Positions 1-11,141 of a stretch of 64,000 nucleotides of DNA are shown here, piece after piece (position 1 is the first letter of the stretch; each line of letters starts with the position of its first letter). The position numbers and the translations under genes were made by a program. The notes under the pieces were generated by a model. That model saw only the letters and a program-made list of their open reading frames with translations. It was not told the DNA's origin and ran no database searches. The DNA comes from Octopus vulgaris (taxonomy: Eukaryota). The DNA is taken from contig OX597826.1 of NCBI GenBank assembly GCA_951406725.2, forward strand, positions 22,444,001-22,508,000, in the 5' to 3' direction.

Positions 1-562
1 ATTCACTCTCTGCATGCAATTAGACTCGGAAAGTTCGTGAGGAACCCATTGACCCAATTTGCTGACTTTTCCGATAGCACACAGGTCTCAATGAATGGTT
101 GAATGACCAAATCCAAGCTTCTCTGCTAGTTCCTCAACAGTTACGATGATATTTTGTTCCACCAGGGTTTTCAGGATGTCCTTGTCGAGTTCTACAGATC
201 TTTCAGGATGAGGCTCGTCTTCTAGGCTGTAGTTTATGGCTCGGAATTTCTGGAACCACCATTGACACTGCCTTACGCTTATTGTCCAATCCCCATATAC
301 TGCATTAATATTTCTTGTACTTTCCGTTGCGTTGTTGTCTTTATTGAACTCATAAAGCAAAATATGCCAAATATGCTCCTTTGTTACTTCCAACATAGCT
401 TTGAAAAAAATAGCTGTTAAAATCGAAATGCACTCTTCAAAACTTGCACTATGAATAAGGACAAGATAAAATTACTACCTGCTTTTATAGCAAGTTAATA
501 TAAGTAGTTTATCCCATTCCCCTCTGACTTTTAGTTCAAGCTGTTGAAAAAACCGCATTATT
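1..562 (-). mobile_element. Mariner transposon 5' fragment (HTH region)
   Basis: ORF 88..396 [19 protein letters not shown]...LEDEP...[11 protein letters not shown]...STIH is a mariner N-terminus; partial TIR aaaaaccgcattatt at about 547-562; same family as 44331-45218. Confidence 0.9.
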
Positions 563-569
563 ATATATA

Positions 570-965
570 TATACATACATACATATACACACACACTCTC
601 TCTCTCACACACATGCACACATTTATATTCTGTTATTCTTTTATATGTTTCAGCCTTGAGGTTGTGGCCATGCTGGATCATGTGTGTGTGTGTGTGTGTG
701 TGTCTATCTGTCTGTCTGTCTGTATGTATATATGTATATGTATGTGTGTGAACAATAATATTTTCAACAGATGTGTTGCAAATGTATCTGATTGTTCTCA
801 AGCTTCAATACTGTGTGTGTGTGTATGTGTGTGTGTGTGTATGTATGTATGTATATGTATGTATGTATATGTATGTATGTATGTGTGTGTGTATGTATGT
901 ATGTGTGTGTATGTATGTATGTGTGTGTGTATGTGTGTATGTATGTATGTATGTATGAGTGTATG
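570..965. repeat. Compound (TA)/(CA)/(TG)/(TATG) microsatellites
   Basis: Directly visible simple repeats; they produce the spurious YVCM/HTYI ORFs. Confidence 0.95.
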
Positions 966-977
966 TTTACTTTATTA

Positions 978-1457
978 CTAACACAAGCCACTACGGTTAT
1001 TTAATGTAAAGTCTTCCTCAAATCACTCTCTCTCGCTATTTACTCTCTTCCAAGAACATTTTCACTCACTCTTATGTCTTAGCTTCCCATACATTTTACT
1101 CATGTATCTATCAGCGTCATAGACAGAAACAAATATTACATCGCCATCGTCACCGCATTCTATTGTCTACCTGTCAACACACTGAATTACTTTCACTTTA
1201 TTTGTAGCACACTGTGTGTGTGCGTTTGCGTGTGCTGTAAACCAGACTAAGAAAAACATTTGACATACACACCAGAATGTGAGTTTTCTGTAAATTTTGC
1301 TTAATTGGAGTTTAAATTTTAAAAACTGGACCTGGCATGACCCGATGCATTCTACTCTTAAAAATGCTAGGTAAATTGTAATTGAAGAAATCCTATATTG
1401 TAGATTTCTATAAGATACAAAGGGAGGCAGATAAAATCTGCCTTTTATAATAAGAGA
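978..1457 (-). mobile_element. Non-autonomous Helitron-like element, family B
   Basis: Minus-strand 5' end A|TCTCTTATTATAAAA with subterminal hairpin GGCAGAT-AAA-ATCTGCC; 3' end reads TTAG|T (degenerate CTAG); further copies at 53557, 54130 and 57342. Confidence 0.6.
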
Positions 1458-1599
1458 TATATATGTGTACATATTACATGTACATCTATATATATACATC
1501 TACACATAAAATACAAAATACAAAGTTATATCTTGATATCGCTAGTGATAACAATACTCAAAATATATAACAGACTGGAATTGTAGGCCTGTCTCTTGC

Positions 1600-2295
1600 A
1601 ATTTCGATCAATTGGATCTTGTCCTCCCTCTTGTATAGAAGTGTACGGTTGCAGCAAAATTCAGTTTTGGACTTTCTTCTATCGAAGGCATTTTAACAAA
1701 AATGCTCCCGTAAAGACGGTGAAAATATTGTCAATTTCCCCAAACAGGGACAAGATTCAATTTTTAAACAATAAACAAAGCCCCTTCTCCCAAAGGGGGA
1801 GGGTTACGGTTTACAATTATTTAACAAATGCAACACAACAACGTTTCCCTGACGAGGAACCAACAAACGTCAAACAGTATTAATAATAACAACAAACCTT
1901 TTTAAGTTATCCCCATTTATGTGAAAACACTTATTCAAGTTCAAGTCATTGATGCAAGAAGACCATAGCGGATCTTCTTCTAGCAAAAAGGATGACCACT
2001 ATTAATGGTTCATCCCTGTTATATAATACTTTCACTTTATTAGTTTCAGTATTAAAATGAAAGTATCTGCATTACAAAAGAGAGATGTTTTTGTTTCACT
2101 TTTAACACGTAATTACTGAAATAGTGGAGAAGATATGATATTGCTGTGGGAAAAAGTTAAGATTTTTTTGCAGATGACACTCCCCGGACCATAAGTAAGG
2201 CATGTGTAAAATTTGAATGAAATTGGTTGTGTAGTTCTCAAGTTTTAGGGAAACACACAGACAAACAGACATTCTCAGTTTTATATATATAGAGA
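1600..2295 (-). mobile_element. Helitron-like non-autonomous element (5' end clear, 3' end uncertain)
   Basis: Minus-strand A|TCTCTATATATATAAAACTGAGAATGTCTGTTTGTCTGTG...ACCAATTTCATTCAAATTTTACACA is typical of Lep1/HINE-type Helitron 5' ends. Confidence 0.6.
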
Positions 2296-2812
2296 TATAT
2301 GCACACCCTTCTGGTTTCTTCACACTGAAGATTTACTTTACATAATCGATAAGAATCTGTGAGAAAACCCCGTTTGGATACCTTAAAATGTTTCGAAATG
2401 AGTTTAATTATCCAACCAGAAGTCGCTGCATAATGAGTGTAATTGAATATATTACTGGAAAATATACACCAGAAAGTTATCGTATTTGTAGACACTCTCT
2501 GAAGTATTTCTGGTAAAAGTTTACCGTATCTCTTCCACGTGAAATATTTAAGCGTTGAAACCGTTCAAAATAACTGAAGAACCCAACAAAAAGCCGCTGC
2601 ATATCCAGAGTTATTCAATATATTACGAGGAAGTATATTAAACTAAAATACAATTCACTTATTAAGATATCATGGTCACTGAATGAAATTTCTTCGACGT
2701 TGGATACTGAAAGCAAGCGTAAATCCTTTTTACATTTGCAATCTGAAACCATTTGGAGAAAAGGAAATAAACAAAGTGTGTAAGTAAAAATAAAAAATGA
2801 ATATATAAATAT

Positions 2813-2975
2813 TATATAGAGGGCACTATTACACATAGATGCCACACGTTTTGAGGGACTCTTAAAGTCAAAACTACTAAAATAAATAAACACATCGTTT
2901 ATAGTTTTAGTAGTTTTGACTTTAAGAGTCCCTCCTAGCGTGTGGCATATATGTGTAATAGTTCCCTCTATATAA
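2813..2975. mobile_element. Palindromic MITE-like hairpin (about 70-bp arms)
   Basis: tatatagagggcactattacacat...agtcaaaactactaaaa is inverted at ttttagtagttttgact...atgtgtaatagttccctctatata. Confidence 0.8.
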
Positions 2976-3019
2976 TATAAATAAATAAATTTAAGGGAAC
3001 AAAATTTATGTTTTTTTTT

Positions 3020-3390
3020 AATCTTTTCCTTTTGAACAGCACATATCAACACAATTTCTAGTTAACTAAACACTTTAAAACTTCGTATACTGGTAGAATG
3101 TGTCAAAATAAAACATTTTTTCTCTTGGCTTGCTTGATAAAATTGTAATTTGTTTGTTTAACGTAGTTTAATTTTTCGAATTTTAACCAATGAATCGCCT
3201 CTAGTGAGCTAAAATCATTTGCTGCGTCTAACCCTAACCTTAAATTTTTTTTTCTTAATTGTTACGCGTGTAAAAAAACCAAATTGCTTTCGTTTTAGCC
3301 TTTTTTCTTAATTGTTATCCTTAAATTAATTTAACAATTAAGAAAAAAAAAACGAAAGGCTAAGATTTAGGGTTAGGGTGAGGGTGAGTG
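3020..3390. mobile_element. Partial/related copy of the foldback element with telomeric motifs
   Basis: 3021-3200 matches the arm at 3407-3590; internal inverted repeat with ctaaccctaa/ttagggttaggg. Confidence 0.7.
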
Positions 3391-3403
3391 ACAGGATGTC
3401 TCA

Positions 3404-4215
3404 GGGATCTTTTCCTTTTGAATGGCACTTTTCAACACAATTTCTAGTTAACTAAACACTTTAAAACTTCGTATACTGGTAGAATGTGTTGATAAAACAT
3501 CATTTTCTCTTGGCTTTATTGAGAAAATTCTATATGTTGTAACATATTTCGTCTTTAATTTCGAGCATTTCGGCAATTTTAACCAATCGCTGATGTCCAT
3601 TTAGGTAAATAACATTCTGTGCATAATGAATATGTCCCTCCTTTAAGAAACAGATTGGGTTTATTTAGATTTGTGAAGAAAAAAAGATACCCTTCCCCAA
3701 CCCCTAACTAACCCTAACCCTAAATCTAAAATAGATTGAAATGCAATAGATTGATACTAGGGTTATAATTATGGGTGACAATTTCATACGACACTGTTAC
3801 GGAAAATGGGATTTTTTTCTAGCGGTGTCGTATGAAAATGTCACCCATAATTATGGCCCTAGTATCGATCTATTGCATTTCAATCTATTTTAGATTTAGG
3901 GTTAGGGTTAGTTAGGGTTTGGGGAAGGGTATCTTTTTTTCTTCACAAATCTAAATAAACCCAATCTGTTTCTTAAAGGAGGGATATATTCATTATGCAC
4001 AGAATGTTATTTACCTAAATGGATGTCAGCGATTGGTTAAAATTGCCGAAATGCTCGAAATTAAAGACGAAATATCTTACAACCTATAGAATTTTCTCAA
4101 TAAAGCCAAGAGAAAATTATGTTTTATAAACACATTCTATCAGTATATGAAGTTTAAAACTTTTTAGTTACCTAGAAATTATGTTACAAAGTGCCGTTCA
4201 AAAGGAAAAGATCCC
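3404..4215. mobile_element. Foldback (palindromic) element of about 810 bp with internal TTAGGG repeats
   Basis: gggatcttttccttttgaa...ttcaaaaggaaaagatccc; arms of about 395 bp are reverse complements around a short loop near 3800-3820. Confidence 0.9.
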
Positions 4216-4408
4216 CATGACTCCTTACATCTCTTGATTGCACATATAATTGCATCTTGTATACACACATACAATGAGGAAAGCGAAAACAGTTAACAAC
4301 AATAACAACAAAAAATAAAAACATCTTATTTATCTCCCTAACAAGTGTGCTACATCTTCACTTTTTTTTCTTTGTTTACCTTGTACTACGGTACGGATGG
4401 GCAGATAG

Positions 4409-4630
4409 AACAAAACTGCCACGGTATCATCTGTGGATGAGCCGTGCGACAAAACTGGTTGCTGTCCTAAAATAGAACGTTGCCCGGCAAATCACATCTG
4501 TCATCTATGCACAAAACTCGAAAATTCCTTCCGAAATAGATGGGTTGAATGCAGTAAATGTCATGTTTCAATCTGCTTTCAATGTGCCACAAACTTTCAA
4601 AAGATCCCAGGTCAAATGGATTGTTTGTGA
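4409..4630 (+). pseudogene. piggyBac-type transposase C-terminal cysteine-rich domain remnant
   Basis: SVDEPCDKTG..P...ICHLC...RWVECSKCHVSICFQC..NF resembles the D..RYD.TGH.P...C..C...C.KC.V.LC..C tail of piggyBac/PGBD transposases; no ATG and an upstream stop. Confidence 0.5.
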
Positions 4631-5483
4631 ACCTCATGACATGACCAGCCCATCATAGTCTTGTGTGGTAGTATTCTACAATAACATATTTCACTCCAGT
4701 TCTTTTCCTGATTTCCTTGTTTTGGATGTGATCTCTTAGCAAGATTCCCAATGTTGACCTATCCATGGTTTTCTGTGCTGTAAGCAGATGTTGTTGTTCT
4801 CTATTCATCAAGGCCAGTCTCATATGCATATAGCATTGCAGGCAAGACTATGCCGTTGAAGAGATTGGCATGTGTTGTTTTGTCTAGGTTTACCTTCAGC
4901 ACATCCCTCATCCACTTGAATGCTCTCCATCCTACTCTAATCCTTCTCGTTCTCCATCTTCATAGTCACTTTTTGCCTGAGATACAGATACATACACATA
5001 TTTTAAGCATACATACACCTTCATATATCTGTATAGATACAGATATAAGTGAGTAGACAAGAATACACATATACCTTTATGCATGTCCAAACATACATGT
5101 ACATACATATATGCACACCTACATATACACTGCCAGCATATATATATCTACACACACATTTACCATAAAAATCTATGGATGTATTGGTGAAATGCTAATG
5201 TATGTACTAAAAATTAATATAAACAACCATGTATATAGACACACACACATATTACACACATACATAGTTCAAATTTATAGAAAAACAAAAGACAAAGACA
5301 GGTGTAGGAGCAAAAAGCAAGTGTATTAGCTTGACACTCAGGTAAACTAGGAAAATTATTTTATGTTTTGAGGCTACATTCTTCAACAGAAAGGAATAAG
5401 AGGAAATAAATGAAGATTTGCTGAAAAAAAATGTGTAGAGTAAGTGGTCCAACATGGCGAATATACACACACACACATATATA

Positions 5484-5640
5484 TGAGGCTGTGTTGAAAA
5501 GTTCCTGGCATTGGGTAAAAGAAAATACAGGAGGATCAGTAAATTATGATTTTATTCAACATATTCCCCTCTCAGATTTACACACTTGTTGCAACGGTTC
5601 TTCAATTTTTCTAAGCCCTGTGAAAGAACTCAGAAGTGTT
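5484..5640. mobile_element. Mariner-type terminal fragment
   Basis: TA-(t/c)gaggctgtgttgaaaagtt TIR-like start after a (TA) run. Confidence 0.45.
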
Positions 5641-6099
5641 GTTGTATTTGTGGTTATGTGGGTAACTGCACATGCTATATTACACATTCTGAGCAAGGTT
5701 CAATCCTCCCAGAAGCACTATTCATGTTCTTTATAAAAAGTTCAATTTTTTTTTCTGCTGCCTATGGTGACAGATAAAAATTTAAAAAAATAAAATGTTT
5801 AAGCCCTCTCCCCATCCTGCTTCACTGCACTTGTAATTCCCTGGGAGAGTTACAGACTGAAACCCTCTCTCTACTTACTAATCAAGGGCATCCAAACAGG
5901 TCCCCAATTTGGGAGTTTAAACAGAGATATGTAAAACCTATTTCTGTGATTAATTATTGATCTACAGTTATGATAGATTTAAATATTCATTAATTTACCA
6001 TGTTGGGTGTCTTGTGGGTAGAGACATAGGCAGACAACCACATTGAACATCCTGGGCAGGGTTCAATCTCACCTAAGGCCTGCATTAAGAGGAGGTTTT

Positions 6100-7780
6100 A
6101 TCTTTAGAGATGGAAAAAAAAAGTGAAAATATTTAGTAAGATAACCCCCATAATTCTGAGCAGGGATTAGAAACCTCAACTTGTTTGTAGTAGTTATTAC
6201 TTCTAAACACCCTTACCTACTGTGCCACCAAAGGAGCAACAATGCTAAAGAGAAAATTAAGATATTTAAATTTATTTCAATTATTGCTTACTATAAAGAT
6301 TTGAGGGAGATCTGGTTACTATATGAAGGCTGCTTTGTAGCCCCTTTTTTACACACACACACACACACACAATATTTTTGGTGAGTGAACTTTGGTTGCT
6401 TAAGTAAAAATATTTAATAATATCCTTTGTAATTCCTGGCAGAGATTTGTAACCTTCACTTCTAAACACCCTTACCTACTGGGCCAAGGCAGCAACAGCT
6501 GTACTGAGAAAAGGAAGATATTTAAATTTATTTCAATTATTGGGCTTACTATAAAGAAGTGAATGCAATTTGGTTACTATGTCAAGGCTGCCTTGTAACC
6601 TGGGCACAATCTTTTTGCTGATGAGAATTTGGTCGCTTAAATAAAAATATTTAATAAGACAACTTGTAATTCCTGGCAGAGATCTGAAACCTCCACTACA
6701 GTGTTCATTTATTATTTCTAAACAACCTTACCTACTGGGCCATCAAAGCAGTAACAATTTCAATGAGAAAATTAAGATATTGAAATTTAATTTAATTATT
6801 GGATTTGCTATAAAGATTTTGTTACTATGTCAAGGCTGCTTTGTGGCTTTTTCTTCACATACAGACAATCTTTTTTGCTGAAGGAAATTTGATTACTTGA
6901 ATAAAAATATTTAATAAGATCTCTTGTAATTCCTGGCAGAAATTTGAAACCACCACATCTAAACACCCCTACCTACTGGGCCGCCAAAGTAGCAACAATC
7001 TGAATGAGAAAATCAAGGTATTTAGATTTATTTCAATTACTGAGTTTACTATTTGAAGGAAATTTGGTTACTATGTGAAGGCTGCCTTATGACCCCTTGT
7101 TCACACAACTTCTGATTGAGAAATATTTGGTTTCTTAAATAAAAATACTTAATAAGAACCCTTGTAATTTCTCACAAAGAATTGAAACATTCACTTCTGT
7201 ATTATGTTCTACATCTTAAAATCCTACTGGGCCATCAACACATTTACAGATTCTGCAGGGAAATTATGATATTTCAATTAATGAGCTTACTATAAAGATA
7301 GGGAGATTTGGTTACTCTGTGAAGACTGCATCGTAGATCCTTCTTCATGCACAATTTTTTTTAAAGGGAAATTTGGTTGCTTAAATAAAAATATTAAATA
7401 AGGCCCTGTGTAATTCCTGGTACAGATATGAAACCTCCACTGTTGTATTTTAGTTTCTCTTTGTAAACAACCTTATCTAAAGAAAATAATGATATTTAAA
7501 TTCATTTCAATTATTGTGTTTACCATACAGATTCAAACGAGATTTGGTTATTATATGAAGGCTGTCTTGTGGCCTATTCTTCTATCTCTCTCTCTCACAC
7601 ACAATCTTTTTTGTTGAGGGAAATTCAGTTGCTTAAATTATAAATATTTAAAATCACTTGTAATTCCTGGAAGAGATTTGAAACCTCCACTTGTGAGTTA
7701 TGTTACTATAAAGATGAGGGAGATTTACTGCCTATGTGAGAACTGCCTTGTGACCCCTTGTTTACACACACACACACACA
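6100..7780. repeat. Diverged tandem array, about 250-bp unit, 6-7 copies
   Basis: Recurring aaacacccttacctactg (6204, 6464, 6719, 6961...), ttggttactat and gtaattcctggcagag at about 250-bp spacing. Confidence 0.85.
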
Positions 7781-10700
7781 TAATCTCTCTTCCTTTCTGC
7801 TTCACTCCTGGCTAAGTATACTTGCTTCCTTACATATATTCATATGTACACACATATGTGCACAGATAGTACTTGACTGGTACTTATTTTATTGACTCCA
7901 AGAGGATGAAGGGCAATGTCAACTTCAGCAGAATTTGAACAAAGACGAATGAGAAATGCTACTAATCATTTCGAGTGGTGTAGTAACGGTTCTGCTACCT
8001 CACCACCTTCATAATGATCCTTTCTACTAAAGGCACAAGGCTTGAAATTTGGTGGGAAGAAAGGGGAGGAGAATATAAGTAGGAGAGAGAGTAAAGAAAC
8101 CTAGAAAGAAGAGTAGAAGATAAGAGTAAAACTGAAAGCTGACTGAAATCTGAAGATGAGGAAGTTTTTGAGAAAATTATGCTAAAATTATTATTATAAT
8201 TATTACACAATAAAACTTATATGAAAATAAAAGTTATAACACAGTGAATATTTTAACATAAAGTATATGCAATTTTAACCAAGTTTAAGAAAGTTAATGC
8301 AAATAAAAAAATTGAAAAAAAATTGATTTTTCTAATGCACAGTGTGGTTACAGAATTATAGTAAAGGCATGTTTGGTTGACCCAACAAAATGTTGGGTCA
8401 AGCACATTTTGTGCTTGACCAATATATTTACACCTGCTTGCCCTCTCCAAACAACTAATCCACTTCACTACATACACCTCATGTAACTTGGGTAAATGAC
8501 TCCTAATCTCTCCCTGTCACATCTTCATCAACTTCTCACTTTCCTCCCTCTCTCCACCCAAAGAAGCCATGTTTACCCTCTAATGCAAAACTCTTTCTGT
8601 CCCTCAATTGAGGGGTCTTGCTTGCAAGTTACTTGGTAATTTCGCTGTTGTTGGTGCCACATAAAAAGCACCTAGTATACTTTGTAAAGCAGCTGGTGTT
8701 AAGAAGAGCATCCAACCATAGAAATGATGCCAAAGCAGCCAGCAAGGCTTGGTGAAATTTTCTGACTTGCTACTTCCTATTCAACCATCCAGCATAGCAA
8801 ACAGATGTTAGATGAAGACAATACTGAATACTTTCCTTCTGTAAAACTGAAGTAGGAAGATATTTGCTTCTTGCATGTATTCATTTTAATAGCAGTCACA
8901 CTGCCTCTATTAACAAAAGCAATCATGACTTAAAATCCAATACCCTAACAGGAAGCTGTTATATAAAATAGCTTTCTTATGACTTAAATAAAATCTAACA
9001 TTGTTAGATTTTGTTGTTGTTGTTTAGTACCACCTGACCAATATTCAAAGGCAATTCAGCCATACCCATCCCATCTTCCCTTTTCTGGTATAATGTATCT
9101 AAAACTACTTTATAGTGTGTTACTAGACAACTGACCATGTAACTATTTCTATCAATTTATCTTAAAAAACAACAACCCTGTCCTTATAAGGAAATCAAAC
9201 CAATGAAAAAGTCTCTACATAGTTAATAAACTTGTTTTGGAATAAGTAACCAAATTATACCCTACCATCTCAAAGAAGAACAATGCATTGAACAATCTAC
9301 TTCTAGATATGCAGGTAAGTGGAATGGTCATGACTTAAACATTTTTGAGTATATGTCTGCTCAGTGCGAGAGAAAAATTGAGTCAAAACATATAATGGAA
9401 TGGTAGACATAGTTCACTTTTAATTGCAACATGAGGCATAAACTTGCTAAATAGATGGAAGGATTAAAGATAGTGATTACAAAGGAGAAATAGAATGTTC
9501 CCTAAATATTTGAATAGATAGGCAAGCTCTAATGGTAGATGAAATATCACATTTGGTGTGAAAATAGAACAAACCCTATATTGGAAAGGTCTGAGACATG
9601 AAACAGCATAGTCAGAAATGAATGAAACTATACAGAGAGCTGACGCTACAACAATATATAATTTCTATAATAGATAAAGAACATAGTTCAAATTATAGAC
9701 TACATAAAAGAGGTGAGGTACATTAGGGCTAACATGGTTGATATTAAGAAAATTAGTTTAAATTGATACATGATTAATTGTTGTCCTTAGTTTGGGCATC
9801 ATTACTTTATGGCCATATGATTTGATGGGGAAGGAATGTTTTCTAAAGCACAGCACTTGTTGCTTGTCACTGCCACAAAAGGTTTATGAGTTCAATCCCA
9901 GCTTGCCCTCACATACATGGCACTTGATAGTAAAAGTTGAGGAAAGTCTCTATGTAGTCTCTCAATCTACTACAAATAGCTGGCAAATAGCCTTCAAATT
10001 ACACAACTGTCTTACAAAACAGGACACATTAAACACACTACATCTGGTGGGTGAAAGAAGGGTTTATTATACATCTGGTAGTCTATACATTTTTGCAAAT
10101 GTTCAGTTATCTTGTTATAAATTTTAAAGAATAACTTATCAATTACTAAACAGTGGTGAGCTGGCAAAATCATTAGAGTATCAGAAAAACATTCTTTGCA
10201 GTATTTCTGGATCTTTACATGCTGTTGAGGTTGATAGTATTGACTAACCATCCTCCTCTCCTAAAATTTCAGGCCTAGAAACAACTATTATCATTCCTTC
10301 ATTTGATAATCCTGTGACAAAAACAAAAAAGAAACAATTATTACTGTTTTGTTATCTCACAGAACTGGTGTTGTGCCTGGTTTAGTTATCTTTCCAATCA
10401 AACTACAACGTATGGCCTAAGACAAGGGGCATTTTGTACATTCTGTATAATTTTTTTTTTTCTGTTTTCCATATCTTACTTTGTATTGAGAGTTCCCCAG
10501 ATAATTCTTGCTGCACCTCATACACATGTTTTCTGCAGAAAACCTACTTCTAAATGAAGCTGAAGTTTTTCAAAGTTTGTCCTCATATTTCTTTTTACGC
10601 TGTTCCGAAGGCTCCAGTAATATTCAGCAGTACCATTATCTTGTTAAATTCTCTGTTCCATCACTTGAGGAGACAGCTACTTGTGGGCTAGAAACTGGAG

Positions 10701-11000
10701 TGTGTCTGTAAGTGACTGCATGCCAATGAGTGAAAATATACTAGTATAGTTCAGTCGTCTGACCAGAAATATAACACAATACTGGTATATAACATATGTA
10801 GCTTACATGGCCGTGTATCAACTGTCCAACTGATCTATCAATTATTGTCGATATGGGTCTGGTTTGCATAACAATTTCTCTAAGAATCATTAACATGAAA
10901 TGATGCATTTTCAAGTTCAATCATCTTTAAAGTTCTAATACTTTTTAGACTGCTTCTTTGTACTTCAGTAAGTTCACAAGTTACCTGAATCATTATCATG

Positions 11001-11006
11001 TTTATT
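11001..11006 (-). promoter_or_regulatory. Candidate polyadenylation signal for DCAF17
   Basis: AATAAA on the minus strand about 37 nt after the stop codon; common by chance in AT-rich DNA. Confidence 0.3.
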
Positions 11007-11042
11007 GTATTACTGTCATAGGTTTCTTCATTTATATACATT

Positions 11043-11141
11043 TTACTGGATTGGTTTGTAAACAGTGCACACAAATTTGTTAGCAGTACTTTTAGAAATC
11101 CTAATTAATGTTCCACAATTTAGGAAGAAATTGCTGTCAAT
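11043..11141 (-). CDS. DCAF17: DCAF17 terminal coding exon J: [32 protein letters not shown]
   Basis: ttttttttctgtgtttcag acceptor, in-frame TAA at 11045-11043; resembles the DCAF17 C-terminus (LHIEQKPNRVFSCYVY). Confidence 0.85.
   Translation of the reverse strand: MDSNFFLNCGTLIRISKSTANKFVCTVYKPIQ

Noticed and set aside
88-396. SETMAR-like host gene
   Set aside because: Mariner HTH fragment only, multi-copy, stops early, and no SET domain nearby.
475-1004. Long ORFs rich in C/V/M/Y or H/T/Y/I (also 52894-53583, 55893-56380, 59327-59641)
   Set aside because: Translations of (TG)n/(TATG)n microsatellites, not proteins.
3697-3920. Telomeric repeats as evidence of a chromosome end or fusion
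   Set aside because: Only 2-4 units, placed symmetrically in the arms of a foldback element.
10340-10720. Possible extra DCAF17 or neighbouring exon (cttacag acceptor on the minus strand)
   Set aside because: The frames I read contain stops and no recognisable protein motif; it lies beyond the DCAF17 stop codon.
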